Shown here in pieces: positions 29,801 through 44,339 of a stretch of DNA of 64,000 nt. The position numbers and the translations under genes are program-made. The DNA lies in contig NW_003314419.1 in NCBI RefSeq assembly GCF_000143415.4, positions 83,715 through 147,714 on the forward strand, given 5' to 3'. The DNA is from Selaginella moellendorffii. Taxonomy: Eukaryota; Plantae; Lycopodiophyta. Each line of letters starts with the position of its first letter. The first letter of the stretch is position 1. The notes under the pieces were generated by a model that was given only the letters and a program-made list of their open reading frames with translations, searched no databases and was not told the origin of the DNA.

Positions 29801-32232
29801 TATTGTAATTGTTCAGGCTTGAGAATTGGCTTCTTGTTTTGTTGTTTTATCTTTAATCTTTGTTGACTTTGAGCATGTAGCTTTGTAGAGTAGAGTGGTT
29901 GGTCCATCGAGTTTAAGTTGTGGTGCTGGTCTGGAGCCACTACTGGTAGTATATGGTGTAAATCGATTTCTTGAAAAACTTGTAGCTCTGGGTAAGCTTC
30001 AAGGAGTTTGGCTTCTTCAAGGTCGTCCAAGCCTTCTTGCCAATTGTATTCTTGGGCTTGAATTGGTTGAAATCTTTTTGGAATTTTCCTGGTTGTAGTT
30101 GTAACTATTTTCGTTTGTCCTTTGTCTGATTGTATACAAATTTCATGGTCCATCCAATATTGAGCATAAACTGCTTTATTTAGCCATGATCTTCCAAGCA
30201 AGAGTTCGTAAGAGGATTCTTCAATTGGCATTTTTAATACCACGAAGTTGATCTTGAACTTGTGTCCTTTGATTCCAATGGTGATATCTCTTATTATGCT
30301 AGCTGGTCTTACAACATGTTGGTCTGCCATGCGGACATTGAAGGGAGCAGGTTGTATAAGTCCAAGTCCCATTGCTTTACATATACCATGCTCAATTATA
30401 TTCATGCCCAAGCCTCCATCAAGTATTGCTCCATTGATTTGATTCTTGCCTATGTTGAGGTCAATACAAGGTACATTATCATCGTAATCTCCAAGTTGGA
30501 TTTTTACATTATCCTCTTTCTCAGATTTAGATGGAGATTGCTTTTCTTGAGTGCGAGCATCAGGAATTTGTGGACAACAAATCTTAAGTATTTGGCTCTT
30601 AAGATATGGTGCTATTTGAAGTATTTGTTGTAAGGTTAATGTGATTCCATGTTGCAGTATTTGTTCTGCAAGTGAGGTGTGCTCTTCTTCAGAGAAACTT
30701 GTTGTTTGTTGATCGTTGGATGGTTTGTCATGGTCTTCAATGACCTGTGGTTCTTGTTCCTGCAATTCAGCTTGAATTGCTTGAAGTATTTTCTTGCTTT
30801 TCTTCCATTCGGTTTCTGGGATAATTTCAACTTCATCATTGTAATCTTGTTCTTCCAGATTATCTGGTTGCTGATACTTGTATTGTTGTCTTGTGATAGT
30901 TCGTATTGCTAGTTCTTCAAAAGTTTGTGGTTCGTCAATTTCCACCTCAACATTCCGTGCTACTGGTGGTCTTGGCCTCGAAGCCTAATTGTTTACTCCT
31001 TGGTTATTTTCGCGATTTGCATTTTGGTAAGGTTGTTGAGGACGATTATCTTGCTACGGTGCAGGTTGTTGGTTGTAATTGTAACCTTGAGCCTGGGGTG
31101 GTCTTTGATTATAATTCCGATATGGTTCTTGATCATAATTGTAATTTCGTGGGGGAGGACATTGATAGTTGTCATGAGGTCCATCACGTTACTGATATGT
31201 ATTGTAGTTTCTTCCATAATTTCCGGTATAGTTGTTTGGTCTTTGATCTTGAGGGGGTATTTTATTGTAGTTGCTATTGTCTCGTTGATAATAGTTTTGT
31301 CTTTGATTACACAAATTATCATCACGTTGATAATAATTGTTATATCTTGGAGGTTGATTTTGTGGTGGTCGTGCATTTTGATTCCAGTTTCCCTGATATT
31401 GAGGATTGGGCTCTTGACGAGGAGCATTCTCGATTCTTGAAACTTCCATTGTATTCCTGTATCGGCATTTCTTGGCTGTATGGCCTTCTCTTTCACAAAT
31501 TTGACACTTTGGAAGCTGTAATTTGCATTCCGAATATGTATGTCCCTTGTTTTTACACTTTGTACACCACACTCCCACTTTGACTTCGGTTTGTGAGATT
31601 TTCCTGATTATATCCTTCAAGTCTTGGTCTTTTGGTGTTTTCTTCTTTGTCTTAATGCGTATTTCTTCCTCTTCTTCATCATCTGAACTGTCATCGGTTT
31701 GTGAAGGTATAGCTTTTGTGAATTGCTTGAACCGCTTTTCCAATGTGAGGATTTCTTTGGAGAGTGTATTAACACTTTCATCATCTAGATTCTCTGTTGT
31801 AGCAGCAATTGCTACCATGTTTCTATAGATTTCTTTTAATCCTTGGATATAGGATAAGCTCTTTCCTTTATCTGTTATCAAATCCTTGCAGTGCTTTGCA
31901 TGAAACTTAAATCTTCGAGTATAATCTTGAATTCCTCCACGTGATTTTTGCTTGAAGTTTTTGATGATCTCATAGTGTTCTTCTGGAGTTCCACCAGTCT
32001 GGAATTGCTCCTTGAATTGTGTGACCTTTTCATCATGGGTCAAAGCATCATCAAGTGTTTTTCCTTTAAGTGTGTATGGGAAAAGTATTTCTCGATGCAT
32101 TTCCTGTTTGTTCATCTTTACGATTTGATCAAATTGTTTAAGATGTTGGTTCGCATCTTCGGTTTTTCTACCAGTAAAAATGGGATAGGAAATCATGTTC
32201 CCTATGGCTGTTGCTGGGTTGATGATTGCCAT
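26830..32232 (-). pseudogene. gag-pol polyprotein (gag with two CCHC knuckles, PR, RT, RH, INT), disrupted
   Basis: CTKCKNKGHTYSEC, CQICEREGHTAKKC, AILDGG, LLLGRSWL, KKNGKLRIC, MPFGL, DASDYALGA, GGHF..WWP, WGLDFVGP, WEGPF. Gag and protease share one frame across stops. Confidence 0.92.
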
Positions 32233-33287
32233 TTGAAGTTGTAGACTTTGTTGGTGAAGTTGTTGTTCTGGTGAGTCTAGATTGGAGTAAAACTTTGGTG
32301 CTTATGCTGCAAAGTTTACAACTTCTTAATATCTAACTTACCGTTAGTAGAAGATTATTTTGCTTCTTCAAATGCCTCAAACTCTGGGGCGTCTTCAATA
32401 TTTAGTTCTTTGTTATCTTTGGCTGAGTTGGTCGACTCAGCAACTTGAATTTCTTTATCCTCCTTATCATACTTCTCTAATATTGTTTCTAAAATTTGTT
32501 GTTGTTGTTCTAGTTTCTCTTTTTCTATCTCTTCCTTTTTCACTTCTTGATTCTTTTGTCGAAGATCTCTTTCCCAAATCTTGATTGGGTCTGGTTTATG
32601 TTTGTACATTCAGTTTGCTGAGTCTTCTTAACTTGAATGTTGAGGTAAGTTTCCTGAATTTATGTTTTGCCTAAGTTGTCTTGAGTCAAATGTTGTTCTT
32701 CATAGATTGCAAAGTCAAGCTTTTACGTCTTGAGTCTTCTGCAAGTTTGGTTTTGTTGCGAAGTCAAGCTCTTGTGTCTTGAATCTTCAATTGAGTTTTT
32801 CTTTCTCAATTTTTCCCGAGTTTCTTTTCGAGGTCACTTTCCTGAGTCTAGCTTAGGAAAGATCTTGTATTTGAAAAATCTGGTGGTGTAAGTAAGTACG
32901 ATTTTGTTTGTGGAAGGAGGTCAGTTGTGTCATAAATTGATCAATATAGCTGTTTGCTAGTAAATTTGGATACTGCTTGCCAACTTCAGGATCGAGCAGG
33001 TATGCAAACGATTGCAATTCTTTCTAGTAGTCCAATCTTGAACAATTGTTTTAATCTTTTATGATGTGTTGGTTGTTTTGGAATGCGAGCTCTCACTATG
33101 AGCTTTTGTGTTTCCCAGTCGATGGTAATATTTGAAAATGCTGAATACAGCAGTGGTTGTATTTTTAATGTCCTAATTCTCGTATGTTTCTAGTCTCTAA
33201 TGAGGTCCACACATCACAATATAGTTTCCAACAGATTCTTGTTGCTTTAAGCCTATGTGTGCGTGGATTTATCTAGCGCACTTTTCT

Positions 33288-34847
33288 CTATGGTTGATTT
33301 CGTGATGGTGCATTTCCCTGATGCTGTTCTTGCCGGTGGTGTTCTACTTCCCTCTGTCGTATAGCACGTTCTCTTTCACGATCAAAGTCGATCGCTTCAC
33401 GAACTTCCCAAGGGATAGTCTCAATTAATACTCTTGCATTATAAGTTTGGAATCTTGATGCAGGATCTCCTAAAATACTCCTTAAAATATTGAGACTGCT
33501 TGGACGCACTCTTCCTTGTTGGTTGCGAGTGATATGTAGCTCTAGGCTGGGGTTTCAACGTTGAACCTCAGTGTCAAAGTTGAAGTTTGTTACTATATTT
33601 AATCTTGGCCCATTGTGATTCTGTCTTAAATTTCTCCTCCTTCGACTTGTTATCCTTGAGTTTTCAAGTCGTTCCCTTGAACTTGACTCAAGTTCAGGTT
33701 CCCGTCGGTTTCTTGAACTTGAATTCTGAATTTGAATTTGTTGATGGCCTTGTCCTTAATTTCTTAATTCTCCAGCTATTCTCGTCCATCCTAAACGGTG
33801 CCAATATGCTATAGTATATAGTTCAATAAGAGTGCTTATTGGTAGTGTTACACGAAGAGGACTTTGAAGAAGTCGGTAAAGTAATTCCACATTCTCTTCG
33901 AAATCTCTAAATCTAAGAGTGTCCACAAACTAACGAACTTGTGGTTCAAAGGTTCCACACTCTGTTGCTGCTATGACTCTCGTCAAATCAGTGTTGAAAG
34001 CAAGCGTTAATGGTTGAAAAGTTTCATGTTTGTGTATGCCTAGGAATTCGACAATTATTTGTTGAAAGAGGTGTTCACAATACACCCAAGTCAGAGTTCT
34101 TCGAGTTGTAAAGAAATCGAAGTAAATATATTTTTCTTTCAACATTTCCTCACTTTTTGCATTCTTCCTATTTGCTAGACAATTTGTAGAAGAGTCACAA
34201 AATTGTTTCTTGAAGTTTTCATAAGCAGCTGAAGCTTTGTTTTGCTGCTTGTTCTAAACTATTGTTTCTCTTTCTAGTGTCGTTTTCTTGGGCTATTTCT
34301 TCTTGTTTTCTTCTCTCTTCTGCTGTGGCATTTTCATCCCTGATTCGGAGTCTTGCTTTTGCTTGCTTGCAAGTGTCACATCACCATTTTGGATAGCATT
34401 GTTTGTATGGTTTTGCACAATTTCTGAAATCACACAAAAGGCAGTCCTCGTATCTTGTACAGCTTGTGTCTCCAAATGGGCAGTCGTGCTTTTTCATTCT
34501 TCCTCCATCTCGAGCCGTTAGAAGTTTTCCTTGGTCGTTTCCTTATCACAAATTCTTGGAATATTCGCTTTCTTCAACCTCTCGCCAAAACAGTTATGCG
34601 TACGCTCCAAGTTTTCCATGACTTGGGTGGCTTCAATCTTCAAGTGTTCTTCATATTTTGGTCTTACGCTCCATTTTTTCCTTCATTCCTTCATGCTCTT
34701 CCACTGTTTTTGTTTTACAGTCTTGTTTTTCTTGATTTTTGGGTCTTTTTCTTCCTATGCCATTTTCTTGTGCGTCTTTGGTCCGTTTTCCTTGAATTTT
34801 TGGGGGAAATGATCGTCTTGGTCTGCTCTATTCCATGAGCTTTTCAT
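33288..34847 (-). pseudogene. 5' extra ORF of ~520 codons upstream of gag
   Basis: The ATG at 34847 and ORF pieces 34293-34475, 33930-34145 and 33288-33509 are all in one frame, separated only by stops. Confidence 0.65.
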
Positions 34848-34874
34848 GTCGCCGTATCCCACCGTGGTCGCCAG

Positions 34875-35299
34875 TGAAAACTCCTAGTGTCTCTAAATTG
34901 AGAGGAAAACGTCCACACGAGATCTTCCTAGGAGTTTCAAATCTAATCTAGTCCCTAAATCTAAAACTACACTATGAGAAGAATGCACTTACCTACTTGT
35001 GCCAAGCCAAGTAGAGACTGTGAACATGTGCTTGAAGGTGCTAGTCCCACACCTTTGATCCCTTGAAGGCGGTGGGTAAGTAAGACATTGCCATTGCCAT
35101 GAAGAGCCAAAGAGATAGGCAGAATGACGATGTATTGCAATGTATTTTGTATTGGGGATAAGTTTAAAAACATTCTAAGTCCTACTTTTATAGTCACTGT
35201 TGCTCATGTCAAGGTTAGGAATATAGTCCTAACATTGAACCTCTCAAGTTTGTGTTCCTAAACTTGAACTTCCGAGCTAGTTTTTTTCCTCTTTCTCCA
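34875..35299 (-). repeat. 5' LTR of the Athila-like element
   Basis: Adjacent to the PBS; followed by the AATAT TSD. Confidence 0.95.
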
Positions 35300-38099
35300 A
35301 ATATAAAGAAGAGCATGATTATAAACATACTAACACCTGACCCATTGATATGTTCGAAGTAATATTATTATATTTTTTATTTAGTACATTATTGAATGTT
35401 TTATACTAATTAATCATTATATAATGAAACATGAAGTTATTTTATTTTGTATTTACATTGTTGTATCAAGCCTATCGTTGGTGAATAAAATGTTATTGGT
35501 GCATTTTATCCTCTGTACTTTGTCATTATCCTATTTTAAAAATTAGAACGCTAGAACCTAAATTTTAAAGAATAGAAAATAAGCATAAATTTAGGTCTAA
35601 TATATTATAATAGACATCAATAATATAGTTCTATAAAAATAATATACCATTATATACATGTAATACAAATAAAAATAAAAATTTTAAAATAAAAACTATA
35701 AAAAGAACAAATAGATAATAAATTATATATATCAGTAAATATTTGTTTAAATAGTAAAAAATAAACTAATTTCTAATATTTGTACTAATATGTCTTTCAA
35801 ATTTTCTTCCATGTTGTCAACAGCAAATCCATTATCCGATGTTTAAGTAAAAAAGATTTACAGGATAAATTCTAAATTGTTAATTATTAATATACAAATT
35901 CAGTTTTTGGTACTTGGTTACAATATTCTACATTTTTTCATGTGGTAAAACCCATTTTTAACTCTTTCATTTCATGCCCACTATCTAGATACCTTAAATT
36001 AAGAAATGCTAATGTCTAGCAATTTCTAATCAACACGCTATATCTAAAACTCGTGAACCAAAATCACTAGAAGTATTATATTTATAAACTTTATTCTTTT
36101 TGCAAAAAATATTTTATGCATAAATTTTATGATGGTATAAATATATTTACATTATAAGTGAACTTAATATATATAATCAAAGAAGGAATATTATTTATAG
36201 AACTTCACACAAACTATAAGATAATATAAAAGTATTATAATATTATAGAATTAAATATAGAAAGGATGATGGTGTTAACTTTTGAGAGATTTCTTTGATA
36301 GTAGAGCTAATTTTAATTCAATTTTAAATTTTAAATATTTAAAATTTACTCCAAATTTATAGTTACTAACTATTGATGTTTAATAATGATTTTATGGAGA
36401 ACATAGATTTACTCATAATGTTTCTCCACATAACAATTTTTAATCAGGGACAACTTCAAGAAACAAGTTTAAATATTTTGCAAACTGGATACCTGAAAGA
36501 CATTAAAATAATAAAACTATAAAAACTAATTTAATTGAAATTATATACTCTATAAAAGTTTAGGTATTTATTAACTTCAGTTTCATCAAGATGAGATAAT
36601 GTTTCAGCTAAAACATAAATAATTAACATATTTTAACATATTTTATAAAAATTCTATATACTATCAGATATATATTATTGATATTTTATTCTAATGCATT
36701 TATAAAAGTATTATTCTTTGAAAATTATTTTATAATTGACTCATTACTATAACTGTTTTAAAAAATTTATAATAAAAATTTAAGGAAGTTCAATAAATAA
36801 TATTTAAATAAATTTAAAAATAATAATATAAAAAATTAAACAGATATATAGACAGAAAGACATATATTTAATTCATTTATCAAAATTTTTCATAATATTA
36901 TATTAAACAAATAAATATGAATAGATTTGTGTTACTTATCATTTTGTTATTTAAGTTTTATATTTTTGAATATGAAGATATTTTAAATAGGTAAACATTT
37001 TAGCATATTCAGAAAGACCACTCAAAAGTACTTGCAGATTGTTATAAAGTTATTTATATATGTTGACATAATAAGTGAATGATTTTTAACTTCTCTACTA
37101 AAAGAGTAATATACATTGCATGATTTATTTTATCATGCATCTTGAAGTTAAAATATCAATAGATTAGTAAATGTTTGTACACATATCAATGTCATTATGA
37201 AAAATTGAAGCTTATCTAAAAATATTTTTAAAAATAATAAGAATTTATATCAATCTACTTTAAAACATTTACAGTTTATTTAGTGAACTTATTATTTTTA
37301 ATCGTTAATTCAGATACTATTCATCAGATTATATGAAATCTTCATACCATTACTGCACTTTTCTCAAACACTTTTTTCACTATCTACATAAATATAAAAT
37401 ATTAAAACTATTTTCAAAAACCTTATATAAAAGCAATATATTTTAGCTGGGATTGATATTAGTTGGAAGATGAATGTTGTAGAAAATGCTAATGTGAAAA
37501 TACACTTTGAACTCATAGCAACATTTTTATTTAATTATAGTTATTTTAATATTTACGTTTATTAGTAAATTCCTTAGCATTTTTAATGTAATTTTATATA
37601 ACTATTTTATTTTAGTATTATATATTATATTTTAATTTATCCTATAATGCTACAATTCTGCTATAATGCTACAATAATATTATAATTTTTAATTTATATG
37701 AATATATTTGTATTCTATTGTTTTTATGAAATTTTTGTTTTCTCTAGATTAAAACTTTATGTTTTTTATCATATGTTTTAAATTTTATTAAACTTCGATT
37801 TTAATTATGAACTATAATTGTTATAAATTGGCTATAAACTAATGTGGCACCAAATTTCCATATATTTTTATTATTGTGAATATTCAAGTGAAATGACTAT
37901 AAAATGATGATGAACATACATTACTCCCTCTTTCTATTTTATTCTAAAACCTTAGCGATGTACTCATCAAGAAAGCTTAACATGATTAATGGAATCACAG
38001 GTCCTCAATCATCAACCATTTTGGAGGTTCTGGTACCATCTATTTTCAGAGTATTTACTTAATAAATATTCAGTTTTAAATGGTGATTATTCATACAAC

Positions 38100-39560
38100 A
38101 GTCATGCCCTGGCATGGAATTGAAGAGAACTCGACATTCTTCCAAGTGATCTAGCTTCTGGGCCTCAACAACAATTGGTTATGCTGAGGCATGCTTCTAA
38201 AAAGCCTCCATACAGACCCATTACCAAACACATAGATTTTCCTGCTCATTGCTTAGGATCCTGCTGCTTCTCTTTGCTCTTGTTAGTGAATTCAAATACT
38301 TTATGATTTGAAAAGTACACACAAAGTGGGAACGCTGGGTTGTATTCCACCACCTGTATATTTTCATAAAGAAATATCCCTGTCTGGCCATGAAATATTT
38401 CATCAAGTTCAAAGCAGTAACATTGTAGTGACTCACGTGATAGAGACTCCTGTTAGGGAGCTGAATATCACATCACCAAGAATAAGAGAGTACTTTTCAA
38501 CTTCTTGTAATACAAAAGTGCAATCGAATTTACCACCATGGCCAGAAACATCAATCAAAACACTAAAGAAAATCTGCACAATGAAAATCAAGTAAACAAA
38601 CAAAATGAAATTAGATCGCAAATCATTACCTCATCTGGTTTCACATGTTCTTTCTTCATGTCATTGTAGATGGAAAATGACTGCTGCATGCATGAACAGC
38701 TGCTGTATAAGGCTCCGGGGATCCTCGGATTCCACGCTTGTGCATCATGGTGTAAACTGCAGAGTTTCCCTGAAAAATTTAGCTGTCACAACAAAGCCAT
38801 AGAAATCATAAAAACCACTTACATCTCCTGCTTTTGAGCATGCGTCCATGAGCAAACACATTATGGCGTGATTTGGATCTATAGGACTTTCAGACTTCAA
38901 CTCTGTGAAGACCTCGAATGCTCTTTTCACTGCTCCTGACCGAAGCTTTGATTAGCTACTTGAAAATGACTCAATTGGATTTTATTTTCTGTCTGACAAT
39001 GGATTACATAAAGTTGCTGCTAATTGTTGAATCAAATGACGTAAACCTTTGAGAGCATGATCCTGTAAATTCCAAAAGCAATAGCGAGTTCGCCAGTTTG
39101 GGTGCAGCTATCGATGATTGCTCCATATGTAAGAAAGCTGGCTTCAACACCAACACTTTCCATTTCATGGTAAACCTGTGCTATAACCGAGTTACTCCAA
39201 CGAAGGACAGGACCAAAATTTCTTGCTTGAAAGATAAGATCCATCTTAAGAGCTGTTGAACAATGTTGAGATTAGTGTAGTACAAATCATGCAGTCTGGC
39301 TTACAACCAGCTTGTTTCAGCACCTAAAAAGCTCCAAAACCCCTACACCTGGCATCCCATGTCATGTCAAAACAAGTACTTCAAAACCTTAAGAAAATGC
39401 TTAATACCATTCACGTTGCAGCAGACTGAAAGAAGCATATTATATCAACAGTCCCTCTGCATAATCAAGCTATGTACTCGACATAAACCATGGAGCATAT
39501 AGGTGGCCTGTTGCAAGTCATCTCTTCTCCTCCAGTAATCCTGCTAAGCAATAAGCAACA
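38100..39560 (-). pseudogene. PPR protein MRL1-like fragment with introns, disrupted
   Basis: VYHEMESVGVEASFLTYGAIIDSC..G.LAIAFGIYRIMLSK, AVKRAFEVFTELKSESPIDPNH and IFFSVLIDVSGHGG resemble consecutive MRL1 PPR repeats. Confidence 0.75.
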
Positions 39561-40993
39561 AGTAAGCAATGCAAAGCTTACACCATATCATTCACTGTTA
39601 ACTTTCACAAAGGCTGGCTTAAATTCCATGCTTGGCAGACTCTGAATCATGTAAATATGTGGTAGTTATTATCTCTGTCCCAGTAGAGAATTTTCCTCCT
39701 CTTTAGTGCTACTGATATCAAATATAAAATCAGGTGTGTGTGAGAGAGAGAGAATTTACAGTGGATCGCCACTTCACTCTTTTGTTTTTTTTTTTTTTTT
39801 TCTCATCTAGAACATTTTACTCTTCCCTCACTGCACCAAAAAGGCTTGCAATTTTCAAAAGCAGCGTGTGAAGGTACAGTTGAATACCCGTTCTTTGTGT
39901 GTGTGGCAGCAGTGTGGTAATGTGCGTAGGCATCCCCCCCAGAGAGGAGTGCCTCCACCCACTAGGTCCTGGTGGTTCCACAGCACCCTGCAAGGAAGAC
40001 CTCCCTCATTACACACACACACAAATTTTTTTTTAACCTTGTAAACAATCAAAATGTCTAACTTTGTAAAATTAGAAAAGAAGATCTATTTATCTTGGGT
40101 ATGCTATATCTCCCACAAAGAGCAAGACAACAATAATTTGCAGTGATCCCAAGCTGGAGTCTCTGCTATAATAGTACTACACAATAGGAATAAAGCAGGT
40201 AGGTAGAGAACAAAAACAAGTGCCCACACCTGGACATATTCCATAGTGAGGAAAAAAGCTATTTTGATTCACTAAGATCAAGGTACAGTTCAGTATAGTA
40301 CTTTTTTCTTTTATAAGTACAGAATTTTTTAAACTCTTACAGATTTGAAAATTCATGGCCTCTGTTGTGGCAAGAAACTGTGCTGTTGGGATCCAAGGCA
40401 GTCCTCCTACAAACACCAGATAAAGTAATAATATCACAAATTATAAATACTAACCTGTAGCCAGCAACGAAGTAATGGACAACAATGAAGATTTCAAATT
40501 GGCAAGCTCATTGGACCCATATCTCGTTACCCATTATACATTTAGCATTGACCATTGAGCATCATAGACCAAAAGAAGAAAAACAAGAAGAAAAAGAAGG
40601 GCAAGAACATCGTGAAGAAGAAGAAAAAGAAAAAGCTTAACAAACAGAACAAAGTGAAAGCTTGGAAATGGAATATAAAACGCAGCCTACAGACATATGT
40701 CCTTTCAGAACCTTTCTTTAGTTGGTTGAATTTTCCTATTTCTTGTACAGAGGTTGAACTTCGTCAAATTCTGAGCGCTAGCTTCCCTGTATTTGGACCA
40801 TGTCAAAGGATTTCTTAAGGATGGAAACACTTATCAGAGGCAGCAGACACGGTTTATGACGACTTAACTTGGATTATAAGAGCCTTGTATCAGTGGGCCA
40901 TTTCATCACGGAACGATGCTCATCTTCGGATCATCGATCAGTGCCAAGAAAATTCGAGGAGGAAGAAGACATGCCAAGCTGCAATACCTGAGG

Positions 40994-41416
40994 ATGGGAA
41001 GTTGGAGAGGGAACATTTTGGTTTTTCTTCTGCTGTCTCTGAGCTTGGGCGTTTTGGCTCATGATGAGAGTGGAGTACACAAGAATGGCTACCACAGTTA
41101 CTCGAGATCCTGTACTCAAGCCGAGAGGATCATCAGGGACACCCTTAGCAAGCACACCGATTGGGAGAGGACGATACCAGCAGGAGTTCTTCACTTGCAC
41201 TTCCACGACTGTTTCGTCGACAGGAGAGCTTTGCAAGATTTAAATTCTGGTCTGCTAACTTTGCTGTTCTTCAGGGCTGTGATGGATCGGTTCTTCTTGA
41301 CTCAACTCCCACCAATGGAAGTAAAGTGTAAAAATTGTCCCTTCCAAGCTTCATGTCCACCAAGTTATCCCTGCGCTGACACTCTAGCCATAGCTGCCAG
41401 AGTTTCAACCGTCATG
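40994..41416 (+). pseudogene. Class III peroxidase N-terminal fragment
   Basis: Signal peptide, YSRSCTQAERII, LHFHDCFV, GCDGSVLLD and CADTLAIAAR; internally deleted, 3' half absent. Confidence 0.88.
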
Positions 41417-41999
41417 GTAAGTTTAGCATCTTTTTAGAGACACTGGATCAAATTCTAAGATGGAGAGGAAAGAATTACCAAGTCCCAACTGGACATTACA
41501 ACAGAAGAGTTCCGATCCAGGAACGCGGCAACACCTTACAATCTCTGTTTGAGAATGTGTCAGTTCGTTCTCATTAAACAAACACTGGATATTTTGATCG
41601 GCTCCAAAACTGTAAAACAGCTGTAAATCACAAAATCTTAGGATTGTACTCCACACAGACCACTGCAAGAATACAGCACTCATATATTCTCTGCCTTTCA
41701 ATTCTTTAACGATAGAAAACTGCAACAAAACGACATTGCATTAGTTTTAAAAAGAAAGAAGAAAAGTGATTACAAATTCACTGTACCTGGCTTCAAATTT
41801 CATTACACAAGATCTGCAAAGAACTGCAGGATCTTGCTCGATAAATTCAGTTTCCTTCATAAACCTAAAATTTCCAAAGCTACGAATCTAGAATTCAAGA
41901 GGCACCACTGTTTTTGCCACCATGTAACAATCTTCACCGTTCTTTTGGAGCATCACAGATTTAGTCCATCCGATTGGGAGCATCCACCATAAGAAAAAA

Positions 42000-44200
42000 T
42001 GGATATTCTAAAAATGGAATATGTGATGCCGATGCCAAAATAGCAACTTTAAATAAAGAGTTTGACGATAATATAATATTTATATTAAAAATCTCTTCTA
42101 CAATTGATTCTATCACCAACACACATCATAACATAATAAATATAACTCAGTACATTATATCATATTTAGAATTTTGATTGTTGAGTGAAGTGTTGGATAT
42201 TTTATAAATGGAATTTCTCACTGTGGGATTCCATAGCCAGATGAGTCATTTGTTTAATAACTAATTTTTTTCACTATTAGAAATCTCTATATAATTGATG
42301 AAAATAGTTTTACTTGATGATTTATTAAACTCTATAATTTTTCCTCTTAATAAAGTATGTGTTACTTAACTACACTCAAATATAATGATGTTAAAAATAT
42401 ATTTAATATATATTTAAAAACTCATCTAAAGTGCATACATCTTTTAAATTTAAAAAATATAAACATTATTATGGAGTTTCTATTTTCATCATTTCAGACT
42501 GAAAGTTTTGGAATTGCGTGATAATAAGTGAAAGATGTTAGCTTTATGTGTTATATTTTATTTTTAATATTTTATATTAATTATAATATTTTATATATTT
42601 ATCATTGATATTCCCTTTTTACCTATTTTTTATATTCATGCATTTTGAGAGTAATATTTAAAACAGAAAGTATTCTATTTGATATCATAAACATTATTTC
42701 TGTAGTTATTTTTATATATCTGAAATAAGATTATTATCTCCCTATATTGAATGCTGAAAATTTATGATGATAAATGAATGGTAATGTTTTACTCTATACT
42801 GGGGTAGAGTAGGGTTTGATAATATATAATCTTCTCTTTATGCTAGAACTAAAATATATCAGAAAATTCATGAATGGTATATAGAAGGTTTAATATAATA
42901 TAATTAAATTTTTATATGGTCCATGTACTAATGTTGTCTCAATCATATTTATACCTTATTATGTCTTTCATGTATAAAAGCAATGTAGGATAAAGTGGTA
43001 GAAAATTTATGATATTATATAAATCTTAGGCTACATCTTAGCCAATTGACATCTCAATATGTTTAATTTCATTTATATTTATATTAATAAATAACATAAG
43101 ATTACTAATAAGAAAATATTTTACACAACAAATATCTAGAACTACTAACTCCTCTATTCTAAGTTATAATTATCATATTTGTTATAGAAACTATTTTATT
43201 TATATTATAATTTAGATATTTTATTATTTATTTATTATTATCAGTATTTTTTTAAATTTTATTTAAACTTATTCTCTAAAATTACATTATATTTTAATTT
43301 TAGAATTTTTTCCATATTTTTATTCGATATCCTCTCCCTTCAAAATATTTACATTTATACTTTTTAGAAGTACTATCTAAAATTTAAAGTATTATATTTT
43401 ATATCATTAAAATTCTCTCTGTATATATTTTTATATAGAGAGAATACTAAACTGAATTAAGATTATTACCTTTATGTTTAATTTATTTTTATATAAATTT
43501 ACAATGAGGCTAAAACCATTCAATGAAAGGTAAGTTTTTATCCTGATATTATGGTATTGATGATTCATAAGATTGTTTTTTCCTAAAACCATAACATAGT
43601 GGAAAATGAAAAAATGGTCCATAGATTGCTTTATTAATAATAAAATTTTAAGTGATGATGAATCACATTTTTTAAGATGGTATCCTTTTGTATTGTGTCT
43701 AATGTTGTCTCAATGCTAATTTTTTTTATCTGTTTTCCATGTATCAATGCAAAGATTATTAGTGTAAATAACAGACTTATTACACATTTATCAATGAATC
43801 TACTCATATTGAGTTGTCTATGAGCTCAGATATAGTCTCATATTTATGAAATATCATAAAGTTATAAATCATAAGATTATGATAAAAGTATATTTACAAG
43901 AAATAATAGCTGGAGCTATTCAACTCTTCTATTTTAAGTTATAAATATATCATTTCTATAGTCACTACTTTATTTACTTTTAACTTTATAGTATATCTTT
44001 TATTGTGTGTACTATATACCATCTTTATTATAAAAATTATGTTTAATTTTAATAATGTAGTATTGAATTAATCAGATACTCTTTGTTCTATAAAGTTTTT
44101 GTTCTAGAAGGAGTATTTCATTGATTCGATACTATATTTTTAAACATATTGAACATATTTTTTGTTTTATAAAAAAAGATGATATTCATTGATGAATTGT
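42000..44200. repeat. AT-rich non-autonomous Helitron-like repeats
   Basis: Segments match ~8930-9050, ~9930-10140 and ~10380-10640. Confidence 0.6.
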
Positions 44201-44339
44201 TTTTCTATGTCTACTATATACAAAATATCGTATATAGTAGATATAATATAAAAATTCATCAGAGCCGAGGTCAGCCCTCGGGTGCCTGGCTCCACACCCC
44301 CAGCTGGACTTCTAGTGCATGTGCGGGCTGCCATAAATA

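Larger units (their letters stand above)
24556..35299 (-). mobile_element. Full-length Athila-like (non-chromovirus) Ty3/gypsy element, 10744 bp, with 5' and 3' extra ORFs
   Basis: 425-bp TG..CA LTRs (24556-24980, 34875-35299), 5-bp TSD AATAT, PBS TGGCGACCACGGTGGGA, RT motif VFMDDFSVFG and tether ADHLSRL..DDLPD. Confidence 0.93.

Noticed and set aside
30636-32244. Long plus-strand and alternative-frame ORFs over gag
   Set aside because: They are shadows of the N/Q/Y-rich gag region and show no independent motifs.
35300-37900. Extremely AT-rich tract as a functional element
   Set aside because: No periodicity, ORF or termini that I can support; likely decayed transposon DNA.
44270-44316. Possible Helitron 3' end (..CAGCTGGACTTCTAGT)
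   Set aside because: The hairpin is too imperfect to call.
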